DNA from: Phaeosaccion multiseriatum
Taxonomy: Eukaryota > Protista > Ochrophyta, other classes
DNA length: 64,000 bases
Direction of reading: 5' to 3'
Assembly: GCA_965112735.1 (NCBI GenBank)
Contig: OZ218957.1
Location: forward strand, 620,001-684,000
Made by a program: the position numbers and the translations under genes. Shown here in pieces: positions 1 through 17,853 of the stretch. Below the pieces are notes generated by a model. The model ran no database searches. It had not been told where the DNA came from and worked only from the letters and a program-made list of their open reading frames with translations. The stretch's first letter is position 1. Every line of letters starts with the position of its first letter.

Positions 1-131
1 CTCTCTCTGATGCCTGACCTTTCCCCTCTCACCCCTCACCTCTCAACTCTCACCTCATCCCCCCGAGCAGGACTCTGTAATCTCTAACCTCCACCATCAC
101 CCACCCACCCACCCACCCACCCCTTCTACAG

Positions 132-874
132 GACGACATAGGCTTCGCGGACTTCCTCGCGGACCTGCAGGGCTACAAGCTCATGCTCGACGATCCTTCA
201 CTTAGCAAACTTGCGGAGGAGCAGGTCAGCGCAGTTAGTTCACTTGCACAGTTGCCGTTCCGTTCCAATGTATTAGTTCGACCTTGACAACTTCTAATCG
301 TGGCGCGTGCCTCTTCCCGAGAGCCTCCCTACTCTACTCACTCCCTCTCGCAGCGTTTATCTGTCTTGTTCTGTTTTGTCTGTTTGTCTTGTCCACATGT
401 CTTTCTGTAACGTCTTTCCCATTCCCTCCCTTGCGAACACGTCCTCTTGTGCAACGTCCCGCAGTTGGGGATGGGGACCAATTTCGAATACGACGACGAA
501 ACCAAGGCCCAAAAGGAGACCGCACTACAGGCGCTGCGTACGGAAAGCGTTGAAGAAGAAGGAGAAGAGGACGATCAGGTCAGTTGAGTGGCCCCCCCTT
601 CTCTTGTGAGGGCTTTCCTACTCACTCCCTCTCAGGGCGTTTCGTCAGTCTGGTCTACTGTAGTAGTCACCCACTCCCCGGTTTGTGAAAAGACGTAACG
701 TCTCTTCCCTCCCTTACGTATATGCCTTTCTTACGTAATTTCCCGCAGCTGGCGACGGCAGCGACTTTCGAATTCGCCGACGAATTAGAGGCACAAAAGG
801 AGAAGATAAAGCAGGCGCTGAAGGCGGCGACAGCTAAAGAACAAGAGGGTGAGGAGGAGGAGAAGGAGAACTAA
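132..874 (+). CDS. 3' end (last three exons: 132-224, 465-578, 749-874) of an unknown protein with acidic/coiled-coil C-terminus; gene starts upstream of window
   Basis: Three phase-0 AG/GT-bounded exons join in frame: DDIGFADFLADLQGYKLMLDDPSLSKLAEEQ / LGMGTNFEYDDETKAQKETALQALRTESVEEEGEEDDQ / LATAATFEFADELEAQKEKIKQALKAATAKEQEGEEEEKEN*; TAA at 872-874. Confidence 0.65.
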
Positions 875-1069
875 CCTGGCTATCCAACAACAAGGACTCC
901 ATCGATTCTTTTTTCATATTAAAATAGTAAACGGACTGAGGTGAATACTTTGTGTATCAGCCGAGCAGCGAGCCGGACATAGTCCTCTTTGTATCTGCTG
1001 CTGAGAGGACGAGAGGAGCGAGCGGCTTGACCATGCGATGGCTAGATCGACCCGCGCGTCTCGGAGAGG

Positions 1070-1110
<41 letters not shown>

Positions 1111-2397
1111 GCAAGAGAGAGAGTGAGTGAGAGAGACAAGAGACAAGAGAGAGCGCGTGAGACGGGGAGGGAGGTCCGAGAGGCAGTTGGTGATACAACA
1201 GCTGCAGCGCAGTCGTCTTTGTAGGGAAGGAACGGCAGCGGAGCATCGATCGAATGGGATGGATGTGTCAGCGCCACCCACCCACCCCCAACAGCACTAT
1301 AGAGCTCTAGAGGGAGCGAGGTCATGCCATCCCTCCCCTTTGAGGAGTGCGCATGAGGCTGTGCTTGCATCTATCGTGCCGTCCTTTCCATCCGGGAGGG
1401 GGGGGGGATGCAGGGGGGATCCAGGCATTGCAGCACCCCCACAATGACATCACAGCAGCTCTGATCTGTAGACCAGAGCTTCGATATCGACTCCATTTAT
1501 CGTGCTCGATACTGATAAGGTCACATACATAAAACGAGAAAACTGTCTGTAGGCTAGAGCTGCCCACTGCGGGAGGGGTGGGTGGGCATAGCAGCACTTA
1601 GGCCTTGGTCTATGAGTAAGAGGACTGATCTACCTCCGCGGTGGGTGGGCGTGAAAGGGGCGGAGCAGGCAAGGCAGCCAAGGAGGGCAGATCAGGTGGG
1701 TCAGGTAGGAAGGGAGAAGGGAGGAGAGCAGGGGAGTTATGGAGTGGGGCAGACCCACGTCCCCGTGTTGTGTCTCTGTCTGTCTTGTTTTTTCCAGTGA
1801 GTAGACACTGGTTTAAAATGACGATAACGATGACGATGATGATGTAAGAAAATTGATTTCTTTTTTAGATGTAAGAAATCCCCTCTGTAAAAACACCTGT
1901 TTGCCGCCGTCGCTCGCCGTCTAAAAGAGAGGGAACATCCCCACTCCCCTCCTCTCTCTCTCCATCTCTCACTCGAGCTTTGCTTGCCGCCCATAGTCCT
2001 GTCCGTCTTGTCTCCCCGCCCACTCGTCTTGTCTGGTTTCTGCTACTTCATTCTTCTTCTCTTCTGTCTTTCCTTCTTGTTCTTGTTCTTCTTCTTTCTT
2101 CTTGTTGTTCTTTCTTCTTCTTTGTCCTCCCTACCAATCCCTTCTTTCCCTCCCTTCACTTCCCTTTCCGTCGCCCCCGCAAGCCCCGTGCAGAAAGCCC
2201 ACAGAGAGGCCGAGCAAAAATACCTTGGCTCGACCCCCTCTATCCATCCACCCACGTGCTGACGCATGAACACTGATACTTCCACGCAGCGCTGACACCT
2301 CTGATCAATTTATCAATCAAATCAAATAGTCCTGACACCTCTGATCAATCAAGCAGTCAATCAAATAAATCATCGTCCTGACACCTGGTATCGGTAT

Positions 2398-5000
2398 CTA
2401 TCTGCGGTCCAGCCGAACGATGAGCTGCCTCTCATGCAACTCGCTATTGTGGAGCGTCTCGATGGCCAGGTTGGCCTCTTCGGGCGTGCTGTATGTGACG
2501 AGTCTGCAGAGAAAGAGAGAAAGAAAGAAAGAAAGAAAGAGAAGGGAAAGGGAGGGGGGGGGAGGGGAGGGGAGGGAGAGAAGAAAAATGTCAGGTATTG
2601 AAATGCCTCCGTTCTGCAGGACGTAAGACAGGTACAAGCACTTCACAAATGTGCACCTGTGCTTCTTGGAGAAACAACATGCCCACAACGCCCCTGTGTT
2701 TAGCTCTTCTATCTTCTATCACCTCGAGATTAAAAGAAGAAAAACAGATAGACCATACCATACGTACTCTACTCAACAGCACTTCTCCTCATACCATTCC
2801 CTTCTTCATATGCCGCTACCCGAGGCCGCCCTCAAGGACAGCGAGCCCATAGGGCGGTTGGTGATACAGAGCACAAACACGCTACAACCCCAATTCATCA
2901 ACCTCGTGCTCTAACCCCTACTCCTTCCTCCATGTCAATAACAATAACCTCGTATGTCAGTAACAATAACCTCGTATGTCAATAACAATAACCTCGCCAC
3001 ACTACTCACCCCCATCCCTTGGATCGTCCCGAAGACGCAATCTGGACTTGCGCCGAGCTCACGGCCCCCGCCGCGGAGAAGTGTGTCTGCAGATCCTCGT
3101 CCGCCGTGGCCCACGCCAAGTTGCCGACAAAGAGAGTGTCGCCCGAGGCGTTGCTGACTGGTGCATCCCCTCCCTGTCCGCCTCCTCCCCCTCCACCTTG
3201 TCCTCCTCCTCCCCTTCCTCCGGCTCCTCCTCCCCGGCCTCCGCCTCGTCCTCCTCGGCCGGCGCGTGAGGGTCTTGCCTCGCCACCCTCTCCGTCTGAT
3301 TGATTGCAACACACAACACATCAGCAGGGGAACCAAAAGAAATGAAAATAAAAAAGAAGCCATTATGAAGTGTTAGACCACATGTGTGGAAAGAGACGGA
3401 ATGTCGATACACAAAAAGTTACATCATCCGACACATTCGTCCTTCCTTCGATAAGAAACGCCACACCCCGTCTGTCTATCCTCCCGACCAAGGAGGGCCA
3501 ATAGGCAGCGAAAATCAACACCCCGCCCCCGCCCTTTCCTCTCTCTCTCTCCACCCCCATCCCTTCCTCCTCACACACACCACCAATGGATGGCAATGGA
3601 TGGCGACTTACCCGCCCCCCTGACGTCCTTGTCCTCCCTGACTTGGATGTTCCTCCCGTCGAGATCGTAACCGTCCATGGTCTCAATGGCGGAGCGTCCC
3701 TTCTCGGGGTCTGCGAAGCGCAAGATCGCAAAGCCTCGGCTGCGTCCGGCCATGTTGGTCTGTGTGTGCGTGCGTGTTTGTGTTCAGGTGGGTGTGTTTG
3801 GGTACGAGGGTGTTGCGTGGGTGGGTGACGCGTGTGCGTTGTGGGCACATGTGTATCGAGGGCATTGCATGAGTGAGGGGACACGAGAGGGGGTGATTAG
3901 AGACGCGAACACCGAGAAGAGGAGGGCAGTGCTGATCATGGTAATGATAATGACGGTACTAGGGTGACATCAACAGCCGACGAGGTGAGGGAAGAAAAGA
4001 TAAGAGGCTTGTGTGTTTCCTCCATTGCTGGCGTACACTAGTGCCGACAACTAACTTGACTGGCCTACAGTACTGAAAATTGGCGACTGACGACCGTACC
4101 TTGACGTGAGCGTCATACGGCTCGAAGTCCCTGAAGAGCTCCGACAGCTCAGGGTCGGTAGCCGACCACGGAAGGTTTCCCACAAACACTGAGAAGGTGG
4201 AGAGGGTAAGTAGCGGTACGTAAGGCACAGGATAAAAGGTGGGGTGGGCCTAAGTGCCGGCTGAGTGAATGGGTGCATGGAGAAGGAAACAAGTCTTTAA
4301 CAACCCCCCAGGACATTCGCTCTTGGCGTCGATTTGTCTGTGATCCAACAAAACAACCCCACCGAACACAGGTAGACGAGAAGGGTCGACTGTCCCCTCC
4401 CGCCATGTCCCCAACAAGAACTGACTGAACGGACGGACAGAACCGACGGACCTGCGAATCCTCCGCTGGACTCAATGTTGCTCCTGTCCATCCTGACGTG
4501 CATGGCGCGTCCCTCCAGGTCCGTCCCGTTGAGCGTCTCCACGGCGGCTGCCGCAGTGGCAGGGTCGCTGAAGTTGACGAGGCTGAGGAGCGAAGTGAGC
4601 AGTCAGGCAGGAAAAGCGGGGGGGGGGGGGGGGGTATATTAGGACCAGTTGGGTATGCGTACACACCACAGAAGAGCGGGTGGTGCAGGGCGACCGGCTG
4701 AGGAAGAGGCGAGAAGCGAAAGACAGAGAGGGAAACTAGACACAGAGGGGAGGGGAGGGGAAGTGAAGGGCCAATGTTGACGGAGAATGGCCGGTCCGGA
4801 AGGACTGCTGACCTCCTTCCTCCAACCCCACCCGCCAGACTGCCTGCCTCACTCACCCCCATCCCTTGGAGCGTCCAGAGTCTGCGTGGCATTGCACCTC
4901 CGCACTAACAACAGCTCCTGCTGTCGAGGCGAAGGCGAAGAGCCCCTCGTCGGTGGTCGACCATGCCAGGTTCCCGATAAATACGGTAGTGTTGTCTGCA
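2398..5000 (-). CDS. Multi-exon protein with three RRM domains, GBP2/HRB1/hnRNP-M-like RNA or G-strand binding protein; 5' end unresolved (probably ~5000-5400)
   Basis: RNP2/RNP1 motifs in three repeats: VFIGNLAW...GRSKGWG, VFVGNLPW...GRSRGFA, LFVGNLAW...GRSKGWG; RRM ends GRAMHVRMDR, GRNIQVREDK, ERQLIVRLDRR*; RGG linker at 3170-3270; stop at 2398-2400. Confidence 0.85.
2932..2996. repeat. 3 x 22-bp tandem repeat (ATGTCAATAACAATAACCTCGT) in an intron of the RRM gene
   Basis: Direct inspection. Confidence 0.85.
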
Positions 5001-6099
5001 TGTGCGACGGGCCGACGGATGCACAGAGGGGCGGGGATGTGTGTATGAGGGTCCGGCAGGTGTGAGGTTACAGGAAGAGAGCAAGGTGGGAGGTGTGTGA
5101 CCCGTGTCCACACATAAACAAACGCATCTCCCTCCTGCTTCCGAGCGTCGCCAGCACAGCAGACACGGCCGGAAAGACAGAGGCAGTGGTTCATTCCATC
5201 GTATCATCGTGCCGGTCTGCAATTGCCCCCCTCCGCAACGGCAACAGCAGCCGCCGCCGCCTTCGGTTATCACCCGCCTTCCTCCTCCCTCCTCCTCCCC
5301 TCACTCTCTTTCCACTGCTTTTCCACCGGCGAAATCTCCACCCCCATCGATTCATGAGTAGAAGCTTGCAAGAAGCCACACTGAACAACCTCTGCGCAGC
5401 TCCCCCCTTCTGCCCTTCTTCAATATGGCCAGCCCGAGAAGCGCACCACCACTCAGGGACACCCCAAAGAAAAGTCGAATATCCCGTCTTTGCACCTGCC
5501 CGAAGCGGATCTGAGCGGCCCTTCCTCTTCTTCCCTCTCTTACCTTGCATGGTGCCCGTTTTCCCTCTCCTCACTCCGCCTCGATCCTCTCTGTATCTTA
5601 ACTTGATTCACACCGCGTTTAGCTCCACAGGAAGAGAATTTTTGCGTCCCCCCGGGGCACAATGGGGCCAGGAAACTGAAACTGGTGGAGAGGGGCGAAC
5701 ACACAGCGACGAAGAGAAGAATACACAAGAAACACTCCCTCTGAGGGAAGAACAACAGCACGAAGGGAACGGAAAATCCCTCTGTAGGGGGAAGTTGGAC
5801 AAGGTGCTGCCCTCGAAAGAAGGCAACTGCTTCGCCCGCCTGAGGTATGGCCGATCGGAGAGAGTAACGAGGGTGACGAGGGAGAGGGAGGGAGGAGGGA
5901 GAAGGAGGAGGGAAAGAGGTGGCATGGCATGGCATTGTTGGCACACGGAACCTCTAAACCGCGGGGTCGCCATTGCGGGATGTGCACCGCTCGTCTGCCT
6001 GTCCCTAACTCCTAACAGACGGAATCATTCCCCCCGTTTCGCGCTGTTGTCATCCGTGCAGGGCGTGAGAAAGGGGACGTAGAGCGGCAGCAGCGGTGA

Positions 6100-11372
<5,273 letters not shown>

Positions 11373-12618
11373 GTCTCTCCATCTCTCTTCTCTTCTCTTC
11401 TCTCTCTCTCTCTCTCTCCTCCATCTCTCTCTTCCGTCACTCCCTGCCTCTCTCAGTGTCGGAAGAGGGGGCTGCAGACTGGACTTGATTTGTTGACTTG
11501 CACGAAGGAGGGAGGAGAGAAGACAAGAGGATACAAGAGAAGACAAGAGGCTGTGGCGTGCGCGGGCGTGAGTTCAGCAGGGGGCGGGTCGGAGGCTCTT
11601 GTCTATCTTTCTCTCTCGGTCGGTCGGTCAGTCTCCTCTTCACTGTTCCTGCAGTCCTACTGCTCGCATTGGGGCAAAAGGGAAGGAGTAGCGAAGCATT
11701 GACTGGGACGCACAACTGTCGGCCGGAGAAGGGAAGGAGTGGAAGGGGTGCAACAGATGTGGCGAAGATGACGGCAACTTCTTCAGTCTACCGCCCGCTC
11801 CTTTCCAAGCGGGGAACGGCTTTGCACTAACATCAATATCACATCACAGAGGGGCATATGTTATTCTGTAACTGCAGCCCATGGAACCCTCCCGTTGGCT
11901 GTACATGTAGTGGTTGCCCACGCTATGCGCTACTCCGAGCTGAATTCAAGTCCCTCCACTTTGCACCACCGTGGGCGTCTCCCTCTGCTGCTGCTGTTGT
12001 ATCACCAACTGCTGTTGCTCATCCTCTACCCTCCCTCCATGGCCAGCACACAAAGGGAAATGTGATGAGCAAGCGAGCAAGCGAGCGAGCGAGGAGCGGA
12101 CCGAGAAAGCCTGGTTCGTTGTCTCTTCTCCCACACTCGTGCGTGGCTGTCCCAGCCCTCCACCCCCCCTCGGAGAGGAGAAACGAGGGGCTCAGGGTGG
12201 GGCAGAGAGATGGCAGCAGATGCGATATTGACGCGTTGGCAGGGCGGCTGTGCCTGTGCTGCTCTCATCACCAACTGGTGCTCTTTAATGCGCCATCTGT
12301 GATGCGCCATGGTCTTGTTCTTGCTAGCCGTGTGGCTGAGTGTTCGGCTGTTGGCTTGGCTGGAGGGAGCCCTCCCACAGGAGCAGCGCAGGGGTGGACA
12401 AGTCTGTCCTTTCATTGCCCCCATTGCTTACTTGCTGCCCCTTCCTTTCCATCGGCGCGGAGCCTGCTATGCGTCTCGCCTCCGGGAGAGAGCGGGAAAC
12501 GGGTGGGAGGGGTATGGGGTACTGTGCTCGAACAGTAGGTCAGCAAGCGCTACCCTCGTCGGTCTCTCGATCCGTCTGTACATCATTTGGCTTCTTGCTT
12601 CAGACACATGCTGCCTCA

Positions 12619-13873
12619 TCAATCAGTGACCACAAGCCGCCGCCGAGTCGCCGCCAGCGAAGTGGCAAGGTACACATGGGCCTTGAGGGAGCCCAAGCTG
12701 ACGGTTTCGTCCGGAGCGGGTGCGTCGGGCAGCTGGAAGCCCACGCAGACCAGCCGCGCATCTGCTGCCATCTCGGTAAGGAGCTTCTCTCGCACCTTGG
12801 GGAGGAGGGTTACCGAGTTGAGTTCCGTAGGGGTGGGGAGGGCGGGGGGGGGAGTGGAGGTCGCACGGCAAGGACAGAGTTCAGGGGGAGGATGGAGGAT
12901 GGGGCGGTTAGTGCTGTGCATGTGTATTCACCCCCATGTACTCGGCGGAAGCGAGACGAGGTTGACTCTCTTGTGTTCGTCTCCTGAGAGCCACCAGGAC
13001 AGGAAGAAATATGATTGAGATGCTTGTGCGTGTATGTAGAGGGGCGAGAAGATGCAGTAGCATTTGGAGCGCCGCTCCCACTCTCCCTCTCTCCCTCTCC
13101 TTCCCTCTTGTCCTCCGGTGCTTGGGCGCGCGTGTGTGTGTTGTCAGAGAGGGAGACGAGAGGAAGAAGAGAGAGAGAGAGAGAGTGAAAGCTTCTGACC
13201 TTTGCCAGCCCGTCGCGGAAGAGGTACGCGATGATGAGGGTGGCCTCCCCAAGGGGGGCATCAAAGAGGTCCGTTTCCTCCAGCTGCACCAACGGAGACA
13301 CCTGCAACCGGTCACGGCCAGGGTCAGGGCCAGGGTCAGGGGCAAGGTCAGGGTCAGTGTTAGGGTCAGGGTCAGGTCAGATTTAGGATATAAGGAGAGG
13401 AGGAGGGGAGGAGAGGAGAGGAGAGCCAGGGGCAGGATCAAGGTCATGTAAGTGTGACCGACTCTCTCGCTCACCCACCTTCTCATCAAGGACCAGCTGC
13501 TTCCCTTGCTGGATCAAGGTACTATTAATGTCATACCCTCGACAGAGGCAGCCAAAGCGTGCAGCAGCTGTTCTCAGCCATAAGCCCTCACCGCAGCCCA
13601 GATCGACGACAGTATCCTGGGGCGAGAGGCCCTCCAGCGCATCCAGCACTCTTCGAGAGAGATTGAGTTGGGGGTTTAACGGGAGGGGGGCGGGGACAAG
13701 CGATGTGGGTCAAACATCAGGGACATTATACCGTGGAACAACCATGGATAGCGTACTCACTTGTTGATGAGCGCGAGGGGGCTGGGGCTGATGGGCGCCA
13801 GCAGCGGAGTGCCCCTCGTTTGCTCTTCGAAACGGGTGTGGGCCAGTCGAATGAGCGCCTCTCTTAAGCCCAT
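12619..13873 (-). CDS. Class I SAM-dependent methyltransferase, FAM173/ATPSCKMT-like protein-lysine MTase; ~4 exons
   Basis: LAPISPSP N-terminal motif, motif I VVDLGCGEG, GYDIN, DLFDAPLGEATLIIAYLF, ARLVCVGFQLP; ATG at 13873, TGA at 12619-12621. Confidence 0.8.
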
Positions 13874-14850
13874 GTGTGTGTTTGGCTGCAGATACACAAA
13901 CCAAGAGGAGGGGCGATTGAACTCGTCAGTTGTTGGTTTCCTGTCCCTTGCCTTCTCTCAGTCTATCGCTCCTGTTTCTACTGGAGGCAGAGATATGAGG
14001 AAGGTGATATATTACACCCTTAAGTGCCGTTAGGAAGATGGGGTATACCACAGGAAGGAAGGGTAATATATATTACATATTACACCCATGGGAAGGAAGG
14101 CGAGCGGTTGTGCATGTGTTGGTGCTCCAGGAAAGCAACCTTGGGTATCTCGAACCGTCCTACGTGGAGGAGTATAATGCCAAGGGCACGAAATGATCAA
14201 AGCACAACTTTGGCCTTCTCTTGTTGTCTCTTACAGCCTCTTTTGGACTCCTACAGTCTGCTCTCTGTCTGCAAAAGAATCGACGGATTGAAATGAAAAA
14301 GGCACAGTGGCAGAAAAGGAACGCGAGATTTTGCATTTCGTGCTTACATACGTACGCCTACTCGTGTACTACACCTCTTCCCTTCACCGTAAGGGGGGAG
14401 AGTGAGGGAGATAAAGGTGTGCCAGGAGCACGTTCAGGAGCACGTGAATCCCCCCCCCCCTCGCCATTACCAATTCAAGAGTCGCTGACTCTGCTGCCTC
14501 TGCCACCACCTCGCCGTGTCGACCCCACTCATCCCAGCATGGCACTCATTGTCACCATGGGCAGCCCTCTCTGCTCTTCTACCACCTGGAGCTGCCTTCG
14601 AAACGGCACTGACTGAACCTAGGTGATGATATTTCCTCTGCCGCTCGTTCAAGAAGCAGCCCTCGACAAGTTGGGGTAGTGTATGTGTAGACCCGATCCA
14701 ACAGAGGAGATGAGTGGGGAATTGGGGAGAGAGGAGAGAGAAAGGAGAGGAAAGAGGGGAAGTGTGCATAGATAGAAAGGGGAAGAGAAAATAGAGAGAG
14801 GGGTATAGAGAACGAGAGGGAGAGAGAGTGTAGCGAACGAGAAAGAGAGT

Positions 14851-15447
14851 TTACTTCTTTCCCTCGCCGAGCTCGGCCATGCCATAGGCCATGAGGTCAG
14901 GCTGAAGACCCTTGGCCCTCATCTCCGCCAGCAACTCCTGCACCACCGACTCCTTGCCCGCCTCTTTGGCCGAGATGATGCATGCATTGTAGGTGGCCAT
15001 GTTGGGCTCAAATCCCTTGGTTTGCATCTCCGCCAGCAGCTTGATGGCCGCCTGCCAGTTACCGTCCCTGCCCACCACACCCACACTAGTGTTGTAGATC
15101 TCCTCGCTCAGCGGCATGGCGTAGTCGTGGGCCACGTCTAGCAACCCCACCACCTCACCGCTGCGCTCCTGGAGCTCCAAGTCGCGAATCTCGTCCACCA
15201 GTTTCTCCTGTCTGTCACGCAGCTCCTCTAGCCCCAAAACTTCTGGAATACTCTTGGAAGTGGGAGAAGAAAAGCATCGCATCTGCTGCTGCTGCTGCTG
15301 CTGCTGAACACAAAAGGGTGATGACCTAGGAGTCGTTGACCCAATCACCCCCGGGCTGCCTCTGCTGCACACTCTTTGCGCATTTCTCCCCACCCGACGG
15401 CTTCCCCTGAGCAATAACCCTGCCGCGCCAATCGTAGCTCTCTGCAT
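14851..15447 (-). CDS. Small pentatricopeptide-repeat (PPR) protein with probable mitochondrial presequence
   Basis: Arg/Ser-rich N-terminus ending in QMRCFSS; PPR motifs IYNTSVGVVGRDGNWQAAIKLLAEMQTKGFEPN and TYNACIISAKEAGKESVVQELLAEMRAKGLQPD. Confidence 0.85.
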   Translation of the reverse strand: MQRATIGAAGLLLRGSRRVGRNAQRVCSRGSPGVIGSTTPRSSPFCVQQQQQQQQMRCFSSPTSKSIPEVLGLEELRDRQEKLVDEIRDLELQERSGEVVGLLDVAHDYAMPLSEEIYNTSVGVVGRDGNWQAAIKLLAEMQTKGFEPNMATYNACIISAKEAGKESVVQELLAEMRAKGLQPDLMAYGMAELGEGKK

Positions 15448-15530
15448 GATGAACCGGGACACGTGCTTTTTTTCCTTTTTTTTCTTCTGGCTCTTCCTGG
15501 CTCAGGGCGGGCGCACTGAAATTGCCTCAA

Positions 15531-15932
15531 ATGGCGGCCCTGCGGATCACCACCCCCCTCATTCATCATCGAGCTCTGGGGGCCAATAGAGTAAGAAGCG
15601 GTAGCAGCAGAGGAAGGGGAGGGGTGTGGAGGGCTATGGAAAAGTCCTCCCGTCTCCTCTCCTGCCTTCGCTCTGTCTCGGTCCTTCTTCTTCTCGTCTG
15701 GCTTGGCTGTAGAGTGCGACTCGCCTCCGCAAGTGGTGCTAGTAACAAGGCCCGCCGCCTGGCAGTGTGCGTCACGGGCCAGTTGAGTCGGCTGGAGCTG
15801 GAGCTCAAGGTTGCCCACATTCTCCAACCTCTCGCCCAGCATTTTGATGTGGTCGACGTGCTTTTCATTCTCGACGCCAAGTCGAAGCGCTTCACCAATA
15901 CTCTTCCGGGAGGTATCGAGGCGAACGTGACG

Positions 15933-15963
<31 letters not shown>

Positions 15964-16946
15964 GAGGAGGAGGAGGAGGAGACAGATTGCAGCTGCAGGG
16001 CCTCGTGGCCTCTCTCGACAAGGTGGAGGAGACGTTTCGGAGCCTCAAGCTGTCCTCCGTCGACCGCGTGCAAGTGACAGAGTTCACGCAGCCGAACGCC
16101 CCGGACTTGCACAGCGCGTACTACACCAAGCTTCTGCGGCCGAACATACCTCCCGGTCGACGGAACAGTCATCCTCAACGACAGCCTGCCGAAGTGGCGG
16201 AGCGAGCCTCTAACCACGTCCGGCAATGGTCCTCCTCCCAGCGCTGCTTTGCCGGCATCCTGGACAATGAGTTTGAGAACAGCGCTCGGTATGACGCCGT
16301 CTTGCGGCTCCGAGACGACGTGGTGGCCTTCCGGGCCATTGACGCTGCCGAGTTGGTGCGGAGACTTGGGGCCGTGGGACCCAAGCTGATCCTCGCCCCT
16401 GCGTGTAATCGATACTCAGGGCTGAACGACAAGCTCCACTTTATGGGCAGAGAGGCGGCGACCCTCTTCCTCGGCGAGGTTCTCAACGATTTTTACCTCC
16501 GATTCGAGGAAATTCTCGACCGAGGCACCGCTGCTGCCGCTGCTGCTGCCGCCGCCGCTGCTGCTGCGGCTCCCCTCTCTCTGCTATCCAGCGCAGGAGG
16601 GACTGAGAGTCTGCCTGACGTGTGGAATCCAGAGTCCTTCTTGCTGCGTCTGGCTGTTGCTCAGGGGCTTGTGGTGAGCCACGTGGAGCCCCAACACGTG
16701 TACGTGGTGCCCATTCGCATCCTCTCCCCGGCAGCAGGGCAGGCGGGGGAAGCAGAGGGGCAGGAGGAGGCATTGTTCCTTCGGGCATGCTTCAAGTTTA
16801 TGGGAGGCGGGGAGCCCATGGAGGCTCTGTGCCAGGCGCAGCGACAGGCAGTGCAGAGGGCTGGCAAGCTCGCGTGGAAGAACCACTTCTGCTCGGACTA
16901 CGCAAGCATGCTGACCATATTCGCCCCCCCCGACACACACAGGTAG
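15531..16946 (+). CDS. Type II membrane/secreted protein, putative glycosyltransferase-like (AxCxxGQxR / YDxxxRxRxD / GxND motif family); start 15531 or 15637; may splice at its 3' end
   Basis: Intronless 470-codon ORF; hydrophobic segment SVSVLLLLVWLGC; motifs LAVCVTGQLSR, YDAVLRLRDD, SGLNDKLHF, WNPESFL. Confidence 0.6.
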
Positions 16947-17101
16947 GTAGATGGATAGATGCACAGGCGCAATGTGATACGACGATCAATTTCTACGAGG
17001 ACATGATTGAATTGCGTCCTTCTTGTGTCACATTGGTACTTCTTACGTAAGATGACGTAGTACACATTTATATCATGTCATGTAAAGAAACTCACACATG
17101 C

Positions 17102-17818
17102 TTACGCGGAGGGCCGGGCGCGCCTCCAGCCCCGCTCCTCCCCTTCGCTGGAGCTGCTGCTACTGCCGCTGGACACGTAGCGCTGACGAGCTCTACGGGA
17201 TGCCTTGCTGCTGCTGCTGCTGCTGCTGCTCGTGGTGCTGCTGATGCTGCTTCTACCACCGGCACCATCCACTGTCCTCTTCACTTTCGACTTCTTTGTT
17301 GTCGTTGTTGTTGTTGTTGTCGACGTCCGCCTCTCGCTCGGTCTCTCTGCTTTGCTGCTTCGACCGCCTGTCGCCGCCTGGGTAGTACTACACGTGCTGC
17401 TGTTGCTACCTCTCCTGTCTTTGTCTCTACTGCTCCTCTTTGGAAGTGGGGCTTCCTCCTCCTCAACGTCGAGACTACCTTCTTCATGACTTAGAGAGCC
17501 ATCATCACCGTACTCCTCCTCCTCCTCCTCCTCCTCCTCCTCCTCTTCCCCATGGTTGTCCGACTCTGGCTCGGAGATCTCTGCATCAGAGGCCTCTCCA
17601 GAAGGCGGGTAGGAGCCAATGTCTGAGCTCGAAAGCGAGCCCTCCTCACTGCTTCCCCGCGCCTGCGGTGAGGAGTCTCGCTTGCCCCCTCCCTCCTGCC
17701 GGTCCTCCTCCTCGTCCCCGTCTTCTTCTCCTCCTTCTCCTCCTCCTCCTCCTCTCCCCCCTACACCCTCCTCCTCCTCCTCCTCCTCCTCCTCCTCCTC
17801 CTCCTCCTCCTCCTCCTC

Positions 17819-17853
<35 letters not shown>

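Noticed and set aside
5093-6082. 329-aa ORF upstream of SEC23
   Set aside because: No recognisable domain; lies in the divergent promoter/UTR region of GC-rich DNA
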